A stretch of DNA of 64,000 nucleotides, from positions 22,094 through 86,093 of the forward strand of contig JBAQTF010000010.1 in NCBI GenBank assembly GCA_049296855.1, written 5' to 3'. This stretch comes from Minisyncoccia bacterium. GTDB lineage: Bacteria > Patescibacteriota > Minisyncoccia > Phycocordibacterales > DATDWN01. The notes below the pieces were generated by a model. That model was not told the origin of the DNA. It was given only the letters and a program-made list of their open reading frames with translations, and made no database searches. Position numbers and translations under genes: made by a program. Below are positions 28,855 through 38,727 of the stretch, piece after piece (positions within the stretch are counted from its first letter, which is position 1; each line of letters begins with the position of its first letter).

Positions 28855-29922
28855 CTATATCATGCGATCCAAACCTTTTGGATTTTGTGAATACAGATAA
28901 GCATTCTCCATGGTGATTTCCCCTGTCCTAACTAAATCAGTCAAATAACGGTTTAAATCAATCATGCCTTGATCTAATCCCATCTCTATAACTGAACCTA
29001 TTTCATGAGTACGATTCTCTCTTATGAGATTTGATACCGCTGTGTTATTAACTAAAAGTTCAACTGCTGGAATAAGTCCTCCTGAGATACGTGGGATAAG
29101 TCGTTGAGAAAGAATGCCTAGAAGACTTGAAGCAAGTTGAGTACGAATCTGCGACTGTTGCCCTGATTGAAATGAATCAATGATACGTTCCACAGTTTGA
29201 GCAGCATTGTTTGTATGAAGTGTTGAAAATACAAGGTGCCCCGTCTCAGCGGCAGTTACGGCAGCAGAAATATCTTCCGGTGTACGCATTTCACCAATCA
29301 TAAGCACATCTATATCCTGTCGAAACATTCCGTTAAGTGCAGTGTGGAAATCAAAAGTATCTTGTCCGACCTCTCTTTGATCAATAATGGCTTTTTTTGA
29401 GTCAAAGACATATTCAACGGGGTCTTCGATGGTAATGATATGCTCCAAACGTCTTTCGTTTATCATATCAATCATACAAGCCAGAGTAGTACTTTTACCT
29501 TGACCCGTTGGACCAACAACTAAGAAAAACCCCTGTTGTTTATTAACAAAATTCTCTAGTGCATCAGGAAGAGCCAGCTCTTTTAAAGATTTGACTTTAC
29601 TTGGAATAATACGCAAAGCGATACCTATTTTACCCATTTGAAAAAAGGCATTACCTCTAAATCTAACAAGATTCCCATCTTGATAAGCAAAATCAACTTC
29701 TTTTTTTTCTAAAAAAATCTCCTTCTTTTTATCATCAATTAACTCATCAAGAATACCTTTTATATCTTGGTGTCTATGGATTGAGTGATTTTCAAGAGGT
29801 ATGAGAAAACCAGCTACACGAATAATAGGTTTGCGATCTTCCGCAAAATGTAAATCGGAAGCTCCTTCTGTTAAAACTATAGATATCAACTCTTCTAAAT
29901 CTTTTTTATAGCTAGGAGCCAT
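28855..29922 (-). CDS. pilT: Twitching-motility / retraction ATPase
   Basis: 355 aa. Walker A GPTGQGKSTT, Asp box, His box TLHTNNAAQT. Confidence 0.9.
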   Translation of the reverse strand: MAPSYKKDLEELISIVLTEGASDLHFAEDRKPIIRVAGFLIPLENHSIHRHQDIKGILDELIDDKKKEIFLEKKEVDFAYQDGNLVRFRGNAFFQMGKIGIALRIIPSKVKSLKELALPDALENFVNKQQGFFLVVGPTGQGKSTTLACMIDMINERRLEHIITIEDPVEYVFDSKKAIIDQREVGQDTFDFHTALNGMFRQDIDVLMIGEMRTPEDISAAVTAAETGHLVFSTLHTNNAAQTVERIIDSFQSGQQSQIRTQLASSLLGILSQRLIPRISGGLIPAVELLVNNTAVSNLIRENRTHEIGSVIEMGLDQGMIDLNRYLTDLVRTGEITMENAYLYSQNPKGLDRMI

Positions 29923-30317
29923 TAGTTTTTATTCTTATTATTATGGATAGATAATACTTGATCAACTACTTCTGAAGGTATAGACATTGCCTTGACAAGA
30001 TAACCGTCGACATCTAATGTTTTTGCTTTTTCTGAATCATCCACCTGGTTAGTCAGCATGATTATAGTCGCATTAGGCACAAGTTTTTCCTCCCTTATTT
30101 TTCCTAAAAGTTCTAAACCATCAATTCCAGGCATAATAACATCAAGTAAAACAATATCGTAATCATTGTTTTTTCTAAGTATTTCTAGCGCATTAGTACT
30201 ACTTGAAGATGTATCAAACTGTAAACCTAATTTTTTAAACTTCAAAGCGTACATATCGAGGAGAAAACGATCATCGTCCACAATAAGTATCTTTAAATCT
30301 TTTATTTCTTTAGACAT
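29922..30317 (-). CDS. Stand-alone response-regulator receiver domain (CheY/PilH-like)
   Basis: 131 aa. KILIVDDDRFLL ... DIVLLDVIMPGIDG, with phospho-acceptor Asp and Lys. Confidence 0.75.
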   Translation of the reverse strand: MSKEIKDLKILIVDDDRFLLDMYALKFKKLGLQFDTSSSSTNALEILRKNNDYDIVLLDVIMPGIDGLELLGKIREEKLVPNATIIMLTNQVDDSEKAKTLDVDGYLVKAMSIPSEVVDQVLSIHNNKNKN

Positions 30318-30340
30318 AAATTTATTATATTCTGATTATA

Positions 30341-32074
30341 CTACAGTGTATTAATCTCTTCAAAAGGAATGATTCTGTGCATGGCCTTTATAATAGCATC
30401 TTCCTTCATAGTCAGCATACCTTTTGAGCGAGCAGCTTTCATTATTTCATTTTCGTTTGCATTTTTTAATATAACTTCTTCGATATTCTTATCTACTTCC
30501 ATAACTTCCATGACAGCTAGACGGCCTCGTGTACCTGAAGGACAATCTAATGTTTCAGATTTACTATAGACTTTATCAGTAAAATCAATTTCATCTATAT
30601 ATTCTTGTGGTAGGTCTTTAAACTGATCGTCTATCATAAGCTTTAGACTTCCCTCAATTGGCATTTCTATTCCACCATTTGGGCAAAGTTGTGAAACAAG
30701 TCTCTGAGCAATAGCAATTATAAGGGTCGGGGCAATAAGATAAGGGTCAACTTCCATATCGAGTAACCTAGGAATAACACCTGCCGCGCTGTTGGTGTGA
30801 ATAGTGGAAAGAACGAGGTGACCTGTTAGAGCTGCTTGAATAGCCAATTGAGCCGTTTCTTTATCGCGAATCTCCCCTACCATAATAACATCCGGGTCTT
30901 GACGAAGAGTCGTTCGAAGACCAGTCGCAAATGTGTAACCAATTTCTGGTCGAACTTGTGACTGTGACATCCCCTCTATGTTATATTCAATAGGGTCTTC
31001 GAGTGAAAGTACGTTTAAATGTTCACGATCAACTTCATTTAACATTGAATAAAGCGTGGTGGTTTTTCCAGATCCTGTCGGCCCAGAAATAAGTATCAAA
31101 CCGAACGGTCTTGTCATGGCATTACGAATCAGATCAAGATTTTTCTTACTTAGTCCCATATCATCGAGTTTTTTGACACCAGCTTCTTGATCAAGAAGTC
31201 TCATAACAACTTTTTCACCAAAATACGTCGGAAAAGTGGAAACACGGAAATCAACTTTCCTGTTATCTATATGAGCAGTAAATCTACCGTCTTGTGGTTT
31301 ACGTTTTTCATCAAGTCTCATCTTACTGAGAAGTTTTATACGAGCTACAACAGACAGATGAACTTTTAGAGGTAACACTAAACTTGTACTCATAACCCCA
31401 TCAACACGAAAACGAACTTTTACATTTTCTCTCCAAGGTTCGATGTGAATATCAGATGCATGACCGTCAGTTGCATAACGTAAAATCGTTGCTACTATTT
31501 TTGTAACTGGAGCACTTTCTGAAACTTCTTTACTTTCACTATCAATATCCGAATCTTCTATGTCACTTGCACTTTTTTCATCTGTTTGTACTTTTGGATC
31601 AGCTTTTAATTCAACTTCAATTTCTGAAAGAGACTTCGAAACCTCGCTTGTTAAACCTTTATAGACGCTTAAAATTTTATTGAAACCTTCTTCTGTGATG
31701 AGGAATATCTTTACTGGTTTCTGTATTTTTGCAGATATAAAATTCAATGCATTTCTTGATTCAATGTTATCTGGATCTACCATTCCGACTTCTAACACAC
31801 CATCTTTTACATCAAGAGGAACAAAACGATAATAAGTTGCTGAGTCTTTTGGAATATAATCAAGTGTTCTACTAGAAACGTTTAAATCATCAGCATTTCT
31901 TACGGGTATATCAAATAGTTGCCCCTTGGCTGAAAGAATGTCTTGTGGAGAAATTCCTCTCTTTATCAAAACTTCTTCAACAGTCGCACCAGTATTCGTT
32001 GCCTCTTTTTCAACTTTAGAAACTTCTTTCTCTGATAAAGCGCCTTTTTGTACAAGTATTTGAAGTATATCCAT
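30341..32074 (-). CDS. pilB: Type IV pilus assembly ATPase (GspE family with an N-terminal GSPII_E_N domain)
   Basis: 577 aa. GPTGSGKTTTLYSML, His box STIHTNSAAG. Confidence 0.9.
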   Translation of the reverse strand: MDILQILVQKGALSEKEVSKVEKEATNTGATVEEVLIKRGISPQDILSAKGQLFDIPVRNADDLNVSSRTLDYIPKDSATYYRFVPLDVKDGVLEVGMVDPDNIESRNALNFISAKIQKPVKIFLITEEGFNKILSVYKGLTSEVSKSLSEIEVELKADPKVQTDEKSASDIEDSDIDSESKEVSESAPVTKIVATILRYATDGHASDIHIEPWRENVKVRFRVDGVMSTSLVLPLKVHLSVVARIKLLSKMRLDEKRKPQDGRFTAHIDNRKVDFRVSTFPTYFGEKVVMRLLDQEAGVKKLDDMGLSKKNLDLIRNAMTRPFGLILISGPTGSGKTTTLYSMLNEVDREHLNVLSLEDPIEYNIEGMSQSQVRPEIGYTFATGLRTTLRQDPDVIMVGEIRDKETAQLAIQAALTGHLVLSTIHTNSAAGVIPRLLDMEVDPYLIAPTLIIAIAQRLVSQLCPNGGIEMPIEGSLKLMIDDQFKDLPQEYIDEIDFTDKVYSKSETLDCPSGTRGRLAVMEVMEVDKNIEEVILKNANENEIMKAARSKGMLTMKEDAIIKAMHRIIPFEEINTL

Positions 32075-32101
32075 ATTTTAAGTATTTATTTCTGAAAAAA
32101 T

Positions 32102-32401
32102 TTATCCGTTATCCACTCCTATTGGAGCGAAAGGATTAGGTCGGCCCTGTGACTCTGGCAAAAGAGATGTGTTAAAGTCTCTTAAACTAACAAACAACAC
32201 TGATGAGAAAAAACTCTGGTCAATAGACGCATTCTTTAACTTTTCTACCAAAACAAGAATATCCTGTCCGACTACACCAGTTTCGGACAAATCAGGACTG
32301 GGTGCATAGTCTGCGATATTTGTCAGACTATAATATGCAACACCAGCTAAAATAATTAGAGTTACAAGAACGACAGTTACTTTTTGTAGTATTGGCGTCA
32401 T
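32102..32401 (-). CDS. Small single-TM protein in the position of PilP
   Basis: 99 aa. Assignment is by position only; there is no sequence evidence. Confidence 0.35.
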   Translation of the reverse strand: MTPILQKVTVVLVTLIILAGVAYYSLTNIADYAPSPDLSETGVVGQDILVLVEKLKNASIDQSFFSSVLFVSLRDFNTSLLPESQGRPNPFAPIGVDNG

Positions 32402-32402
32402 A

Positions 32403-32945
32403 TTATTTTAAAGAATAAGTGTAGACTTCTAAAGAATAAGTGTACAGATCATCCGTTGGCTTCGTACCAGTGTGTTTCACAGATAAATTGACTACATCTA
32501 CAAGTTGTAGACTAGACTCTAACTCAGTGAGAAATCTTTTAAGATAATTATACCTACCCTCTATAGAGAATGCTAATTTTGATATTTTATATGTAGTATT
32601 ATTATCATCTCCCTGACTAACTTTTTCTGCCTCGTTAACTTTGAAATCTTTAGCTTGAACTGCATTTCGAGATGCCATAATATTTACGTCGTTGATAAAC
32701 AATATAGCATTAAAAGTTTCTGGCATTAGTTTATTTAATCTAGAAAGGTCGCCACCTGGAATGTTAGCGTACTCAGTTAGGAGAAGATCTCGTTTCTCTC
32801 TTATGTCTTGCGATTTCGCTAAAACACTATCATACTCAGCCTTTTTTGATTTTAGTGATTTTATTTCTGCCAAAGTAGGGTTAATGTACATATAATACAT
32901 TCCAATGCATACTCCTATTATTATAAATGGTAGAAAAACTTTCAT
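32403..32945 (-). CDS. pilO: PilO-like pilus assembly protein
   Basis: N-terminal TM, coiled coil, conserved order between pilN and pilB. Confidence 0.5.
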   Translation of the reverse strand: MKVFLPFIIIGVCIGMYYMYINPTLAEIKSLKSKKAEYDSVLAKSQDIREKRDLLLTEYANIPGGDLSRLNKLMPETFNAILFINDVNIMASRNAVQAKDFKVNEAEKVSQGDDNNTTYKISKLAFSIEGRYNYLKRFLTELESSLQLVDVVNLSVKHTGTKPTDDLYTYSLEVYTYSLK

Positions 32946-32947
32946 GA

Positions 32948-33547
32948 TTATTGATTTATAGAAAGTGCCTCAATTGCCTTTCTGTATGATACTAAATCAG
33001 ATGATATGTCAGAAGAAAAATTAGCAGTAACTGTACCGTTCGTTGTTAATTTAAAATCACTGAATTTTGGGTTCTTAATAAACTCATTCTGAGAGAATAT
33101 TCCCTCTTGTTTTGCTAAGGCATTGTATGTTTGTGCCTCAACATTTATGGCGATTGATGACCCTGTATCATTCTTATATGTAAGTCCAGTAAAACGTATA
33201 GTTTTAATAGTAAGAAATTCCATTAAATCAATGAGTTTAGAGGAGAGAATGTGTTTCTCTAATAAACCTTTGGAAATACTTATTCTAAAACTTGATTCTA
33301 CGATTTTTTGAATATCCTCAATTTTTAGATCAGAACGTGCCTCGTTTATCTGTTTATCTACTTTCTTTATCTGATTTGTTAGAAGATATTTATAACCAAA
33401 AATACTGCCCGAAGCTAAAAGAGTCACAATCAGAAACACGTTAGCTACTATAGAGGAAATGTTGACACCGGAAGACACTTTGAAAGCATTTGTAGCAGAA
33501 CTTATAGATGCCTTCGGAATAAACGAAGATTGAAATTTGGGTTCCAT
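32948..33547 (-). CDS. pilN: PilN-like pilus assembly protein
   Basis: TM plus coiled coil, immediately after pilM. Confidence 0.5.
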   Translation of the reverse strand: MEPKFQSSFIPKASISSATNAFKVSSGVNISSIVANVFLIVTLLASGSIFGYKYLLTNQIKKVDKQINEARSDLKIEDIQKIVESSFRISISKGLLEKHILSSKLIDLMEFLTIKTIRFTGLTYKNDTGSSIAINVEAQTYNALAKQEGIFSQNEFIKNPKFSDFKLTTNGTVTANFSSDISSDLVSYRKAIEALSINQ

Positions 33548-33686
33548 AACTTCGCCAATTATAATACAAAAGAAAGCGAAAGGCTATGGAAGATGTGTAT
33601 AAAAACCCCTTTAGATGATATGTTTTTAGAGCACGGATATTTTTCTACTGAAAAGTCCTCTCGCTCAGTAATCAAAAAGACATGAG

Positions 33687-34823
33687 TTAATCCAACTCTT
33701 GTAAACGACGAAGAGCAGCTCCGACAGCTACAGCAAACTCAGGACCCGTTTCACGTAAGACTTTCTCTAAAAAGGCTGGTGCAACTACTTTTGAAAATGG
33801 ATTCCCTGCTTCTACTTCTGTTTGAAAGCTGTTCTTTGCGAAATCTGCTATACCTTTAAGAGCGCTTCCTCCCCCAACCAGCACTACTTTACTAACATTC
33901 TTTGTATATTTTTTCTGATAAGCCAGTATAGTGTGGTTAATTTCAGAGAAAATATAGTCTAGAGTGATGCTCATTATATTTTTTACTTCAATTCCGTTTA
34001 TCACGCCTTCCAATCCCTTCTCACGTTTCAGGTATTCAGCATCTGTAACCGAAATACCGAGTGACTTCGAAAGTTCATCAGTAATACTCTGAGAACCTTT
34101 GTTTATCATATGAGATGCTCGTAAAATACCTCGCTCGACTATATAAAGTTTTGTATTTGTTGCCCCCATATCAACAAGTAACACCGGAGAAATTTCTTGA
34201 TCCAAAATAGAACGCATTGTGCTAAAAATCTCGATCTCAAAAAAACTAGCATCAAGTGCTGTTTGTGTAATCATCTCTTTGTAACGACTGATGGTATCGT
34301 TATGTAGAGCAACTATAAGTACTTCGAGTCTCTCTGGAGCTTTCGATTTATCTGAATTTGCCACTTCAGTTTCAACACTTTTATCTTTCGGAATAATGTA
34401 CCAATCTAAAGCCACTTCAGAAATCGGCACTGGAATATACTTTCTTGCTTCAATAGGAATCATTTTATCTAAATCTGCTTTTGACACCATAGGCACATCG
34501 ATAACCGATATAAAACTTGAGGAAAAAGGAATGGCTACACCACAGGCTCTAGTGGTAATGTTCACATCTTTTTCTTTAAGAATGTCACCTATTGCTTCTA
34601 TAATTTTCTCTGTTGTTAAACCAGTGGCTTCACCTATATTTTTCCCAGCGTATTGACCGAGAGAAAGCTCAGCATAAGTATCTAAAACAGGATGACCATT
34701 TTTTTGGCTCAACTGAACGACTTTTATCGAAGATGAACCCACATCAATACCCAAAACACTTCTACTTCGTTTCTTGGTTAAACCACTAAATAGACCGGAA
34801 AAACTAGAAAGAAAATTTGGCAT
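33687..34823 (-). CDS. pilM: Type IV pilus assembly actin-like ATPase
   Basis: 378 aa. N-terminal LGIDVGSSSIKVVQL; actin/FtsA-like fold motifs. Confidence 0.85.
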   Translation of the reverse strand: MPNFLSSFSGLFSGLTKKRSRSVLGIDVGSSSIKVVQLSQKNGHPVLDTYAELSLGQYAGKNIGEATGLTTEKIIEAIGDILKEKDVNITTRACGVAIPFSSSFISVIDVPMVSKADLDKMIPIEARKYIPVPISEVALDWYIIPKDKSVETEVANSDKSKAPERLEVLIVALHNDTISRYKEMITQTALDASFFEIEIFSTMRSILDQEISPVLLVDMGATNTKLYIVERGILRASHMINKGSQSITDELSKSLGISVTDAEYLKREKGLEGVINGIEVKNIMSITLDYIFSEINHTILAYQKKYTKNVSKVVLVGGGSALKGIADFAKNSFQTEVEAGNPFSKVVAPAFLEKVLRETGPEFAVAVGAALRRLQELD

Positions 34824-34860
34824 AATTTATAAATAGTATATCACAATTATTATCTGTATA

Positions 34861-35550
34861 ATGACTTACATAATACACAATATGTTGAAAAGTATAGAAA
34901 AAATATTCTTCTCTATTCTTGATTTTATTATACCAACTAGAACAAACTTTACTATTGTAAAAAAACTCTCCCCTGAGAAAATAAACTCTCTACCTAAAGC
35001 GTCAAATATCGAAAATAGTGGAGAAAAAATAGACTGGATTCATCCGCTTTTTCACTACAAAGACAGTCGAGTTAAAGCAATCATCTGGGAACTAAAATAT
35101 AAAGAAAATACTCTTCCTCTCGACCATATCGGAAAACTTTTATATGAAGAAATTATCGCTCTCATCTCCGATATTATACTTTTTAACAATGATGCACAGT
35201 TTCTCCTAATACCAATACCAGTCACGGAAGACAGGCGACGAGAACGTGGCTACAATCAAAGCGAATATATCGCCAAAGCAATCTTAGAAAATGACCTTTC
35301 CCATACACTCCTCTACGCACCGCAATGGTTCAAAAAAACTAAAGAAACTCCTAGACAAAGTCATAGCGAATCAAAACAAGAACGTGTTTCAAACCTACGT
35401 GACTCGTTTGAAGCCGACCTGCGCGTGGACGGGAAATATGTAATTTTGATTGATGATGTCGTTACAACTGGAAGTACACTCTCGGAAGCTCGTAATACTC
35501 TCCTATCGGCAGGAGCACGAGATGTATTTGCGTTCACAATTGCACATTAA
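34861..35550 (+). CDS. comFC: ComF-family competence protein (phosphoribosyltransferase fold)
   Basis: 229 aa. C-terminal PRTase motif VILIDDVVTTGSTL. Confidence 0.8.
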   Translation: MTYIIHNMLKSIEKIFFSILDFIIPTRTNFTIVKKLSPEKINSLPKASNIENSGEKIDWIHPLFHYKDSRVKAIIWELKYKENTLPLDHIGKLLYEEIIALISDIILFNNDAQFLLIPIPVTEDRRRERGYNQSEYIAKAILENDLSHTLLYAPQWFKKTKETPRQSHSESKQERVSNLRDSFEADLRVDGKYVILIDDVVTTGSTLSEARNTLLSAGARDVFAFTIAH

Positions 35551-35563
35551 ATTCGCTTCAATG

Positions 35564-35651
35564 CGGACAGAGTGAGATTCGAACTCACGGTACCAATTAA
35601 GGTACGGCGGTTTAGTAAACCGCTGGTTTAAGCCACTCACCCATCTGTCCA
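35564..35651 (-). tRNA. Class II tRNA-Ser-like gene with a non-canonical anticodon loop (UUACUAA) and an 8-nt T-loop; possible pseudogene
   Basis: Acceptor GGACAGA/TCTGTCC with discriminator G, D-arm GGT..ACC, anticodon stem GCGGT/ACCGC with loop TTACTAA, long variable arm GTACC-ttaattg-GTAC, T-arm GTGAG-TTCGGAAT-CTCAC. Confidence 0.45.
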
Positions 35652-35845
35652 ATTTCTTCATATTAACACAAGATTTACATTTACGATCGCCTATAAAAAT
35701 GCTAATGTGTGGCTAAGTAAAATCAGTTTTAGATGGCTCAGATGCTAGGCGCTGACGAAGCTTGTGACCAAAGTGTATACGTATACTCTGCAGGAACAAC
35801 TGGAGTCAGCAACGACGCAGATGAATCATATCAAACTGATTTTTT

Positions 35846-35934
35846 GGAGACGTGTCAGAGTGGTCTATCGTACCTCTTTGCTAAAGAGGTGGAGGCTTTA
35901 AACCCTCCCGATGGTTCGAATCCATCCGTCTCCG
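35846..35934 (+). tRNA. tRNA-Ser (anticodon GCU)
   Basis: Acceptor GGAGACG/CGTCTCC with discriminator G, anticodon stem-loop CCTCT-TTGCTAA-AGAGG, long variable arm TGGAGG...CCTCCC, T-arm GATGG-TTCGAAT-CCATC. I could not fold a clean D-arm by hand. Confidence 0.7.
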
Positions 35935-37547
35935 CCCGAAACCCTTTTTCGTCCTACAAGAGCTTCAAAACCTTCCTTTAAGCTATATTTTAAGAGCTTT
36001 CTGTCTTTAATGACTATTTCGGAAAAAATCAAAGTTACAATTTCTCGCTTTTCACTATCAAGTGCGTGGTCAAAATAAATACTGGCATTTTTTATTAACT
36101 CTGAGAATGTAATTACGAACTTCAACATATCTTGAGCACTCTCTCCATAAACCTTAATTTCCTCCTCTATAGCAATTCTAGAGCCATTTAAACGGGTTTC
36201 TTCAGCAACTATATCTTCTGGTACCATTGCTTTCGTTCTCATTAAAGTAATTCTGTTTTCTGTAAGGAACTCAATGTTCTTACTAACCTCTCTATGTTTA
36301 TTATATAAGTCACTTAACTTCTTATCCCTTTGCCCTGCTATTATCGCTAGTTCTTTTTTTGCCTTAGATTCAATATCAGCTATTTCAGGGTCAGTAAAAT
36401 AAAGACCATCAATAATATTCTTAAACATAGAGGTTAATTCCTTTTCTGAAATATTTACATCTGGATTGTCACAGTCTAATTTACATCTTGATCTGTAGTA
36501 GGTATATCCTTTTTGTGGGTAAGGGCTGTAACATCTACCACAAGTACAATTAGCCATTCCACGATAAGCAAAAAATGGTTTATCAATATAACGAATTGTT
36601 TTTGAACGTTTTTTAAGAACTTCTTGAACTTTAATAAATAATGCACTATCAATTATAGGTTTATGTGCAGTGCTCGTTATATATTCATTGTGACCAATCT
36701 TAACTTTTCCTATGTAAAAAGGATTACTCAAAATTGATTCAACCGACTTATGATCAATCGGTCCAGAGACCTTCGGTAGCAAATCAAAATCAATTCCATT
36801 TTCCTGTTCCTCTTTAGTTCTCTTTCTTCTCTTGGGTCTTTTTGTTAAACCATTTTTTGTTGCCCATTTTGCAAGCTGCATAAAACTCCATTCTCCAGTC
36901 GCATACATTTCAAAAAGTCTTTTTATTAAAGGTGCTCTCTCGGGATCAATTGGTTTATTATCGGAGCCTCTATTAAGATAACCCAATGGAACGCTATATA
37001 TACATTTTCCTTCAGCTCTTAATTTTTCTTGACTGTATCTAACTTTTTCACTTATAACATCAGAATAATACTCAGCGAACATTCCTTGTACGTTCATATT
37101 GACCTTGCCTCCACTATTCTTATCAAACTGCATATCTGTGAATCTGATATCACATCCTTGCTCAACCAATCTCTGAATTATTACATTATCTTGGGCGTTT
37201 CTACTTGCTCTATCCCAGCAAAGAATAACAACCCCTTTAATTTTCTTGTCTTTCAGTAGTCGGATAAGTTTTACAAACTTTGGACGAAGGACACGATTAC
37301 TAAAAATGCCGTTTTCACCAATATCAAAATCATCATCTTCTTTATATCCAGAATGACTTTCATTTATAACTCCCTTTTCACAAAACCTTTCAATTGTTAG
37401 ATCAGCTATCGGGAGATTGTGTTTTCTCGCATATTCTTGATTAAGACTGCTCTGATATGTCAGAGAGTTTTTTTGATTCTCTTTATCATCAGTACTCTTT
37501 CGGTTATAAATCAAATATTTGTCTTTGTATTGATCTCCAATTTCCAT
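35898..37547 (-). CDS. Large serine recombinase (resolvase-domain integrase)
   Basis: 549 aa. N-terminal catalytic region LIYNRKSTDDKENQ, recombinase and zinc-ribbon regions with several Cys. The 3' end of the ORF overlaps the 3' end of tRNA-Ser(GCU). Confidence 0.85.
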   Translation of the reverse strand: MEIGDQYKDKYLIYNRKSTDDKENQKNSLTYQSSLNQEYARKHNLPIADLTIERFCEKGVINESHSGYKEDDDFDIGENGIFSNRVLRPKFVKLIRLLKDKKIKGVVILCWDRASRNAQDNVIIQRLVEQGCDIRFTDMQFDKNSGGKVNMNVQGMFAEYYSDVISEKVRYSQEKLRAEGKCIYSVPLGYLNRGSDNKPIDPERAPLIKRLFEMYATGEWSFMQLAKWATKNGLTKRPKRRKRTKEEQENGIDFDLLPKVSGPIDHKSVESILSNPFYIGKVKIGHNEYITSTAHKPIIDSALFIKVQEVLKKRSKTIRYIDKPFFAYRGMANCTCGRCYSPYPQKGYTYYRSRCKLDCDNPDVNISEKELTSMFKNIIDGLYFTDPEIADIESKAKKELAIIAGQRDKKLSDLYNKHREVSKNIEFLTENRITLMRTKAMVPEDIVAEETRLNGSRIAIEEEIKVYGESAQDMLKFVITFSELIKNASIYFDHALDSEKREIVTLIFSEIVIKDRKLLKYSLKEGFEALVGRKRVSGGDGWIRTIGRV

Positions 37548-37580
37548 AGTGTTTCTTCTAACTTAATTATAAATAAAGCT

Positions 37581-37835
37581 TTAGCTTTGACTATGAGGTG
37601 ATTGTGGGCAGTGAACCTCGCCATCTTTTATTACATACCCCTCAGCTATAAGCCTGAGGTGTACACCCTTGAGAACATCAGTAAACTTAAGAATATTTTT
37701 GATTCCATTTTCACTGAAACTGATATTTTTGGATTCAAAATCTGACTCTTTGATGGAAACGCCAGTCTCCAAAGAGCCAGATTCTAAAACCAATTCTTTT
37801 TTAATCTCTTTCTTTTTCATAATAAAACTACCCAT
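37581..37835 (-). CDS. Hypothetical protein
   Basis: 84 aa; no recognisable motif. Confidence 0.4.
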   Translation of the reverse strand: MGSFIMKKKEIKKELVLESGSLETGVSIKESDFESKNISFSENGIKNILKFTDVLKGVHLRLIAEGYVIKDGEVHCPQSPHSQS

Positions 37836-37884
37836 AATTATGGGCTTTATAGAAATAGATATTTGAATATAGGCTTATTCGGGA

Positions 37885-38490
37885 CTAAATAGGATTATTT
37901 TTACTGTGAGCTACCTCTAATTCGTTAGTCAATTTTTCAATATTAACCCTATTTTGGTTAAGTTCTAAAGCTGTAACTTCCTTTCTAAACATCACATCGT
38001 TCTTTCCTCTCTTTGGGAAAAATGCTTTCAGGATTTCTCCCTTGAAACCCAGTGCATTTATTATTTTCGGAAAAGTTTTTCCAGAAACATCTTTCTTTAA
38101 ATACTCAGGCATCATTTCTCTTTCTATATGCTGACCATTATTTTCAAAAAGATACTCAAAAAAACTCATATTTTTTCCTGTTGCGTGAGGCTTACTTAAT
38201 AGATAACTGTTAATCCAAATTTCTCTATCCTTTATTGAAACTTTAAAGTTATCAGTAGTACTTACCGAATCTATGTTTTTGTAATGAGCTGAGTTAACTA
38301 AATCAACCAACATTCCATTAGCAATTAGTGGTGGAGGTACTTGCTTCTCAAAATGAGCAATCTGCTCATCAAGTTCTTTAAGTTCCTTTGTGTACGGAAC
38401 TCCTATGCCAAGACGAAACCTCTCAGAGGCTCTTTGTTGAACTTCTTCTCTTATGGCACGTAGATGTCTTAAAGTTTGTTCGGGGGTCAT
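37885..38490 (-). CDS. Hypothetical protein
   Basis: 201 aa; protein-like composition, no recognisable motif. Confidence 0.45.
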   Translation of the reverse strand: MTPEQTLRHLRAIREEVQQRASERFRLGIGVPYTKELKELDEQIAHFEKQVPPPLIANGMLVDLVNSAHYKNIDSVSTTDNFKVSIKDREIWINSYLLSKPHATGKNMSFFEYLFENNGQHIEREMMPEYLKKDVSGKTFPKIINALGFKGEILKAFFPKRGKNDVMFRKEVTALELNQNRVNIEKLTNELEVAHSKNNPI

Positions 38491-38727
38491 TGGCGTTTCC
38501 TCTTTTTGTCATTTAAGCATATTTCATTTATAATCAGGTTACAACTGAATATACCGTTAGCCTAACCCTAGAAGGTAACTTCTAGGTATGGCACAAAATC
38601 GCACGATACAAGAAAACCCGTTATTAGGGCGTATCGTGCGTTATGCAGGGAAACTTGCATAGAGGTCTTCGGACCTTCCTAGTAGCGGGCTTTGTTGTGT
38701 CTGGCTACTAGTTATAACTTAACTAGT

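Noticed and set aside
35660-35845. GC-elevated spacer between the two tRNA-Ser genes as an ncRNA
   Set aside because: I could not find a convincing fold or known motif. It is more simply the attL-proximal region of the integrated element.
35733-35981. ORF 35733..35981(+)
   Set aside because: It runs through tRNA-Ser(GCU) and the att region.
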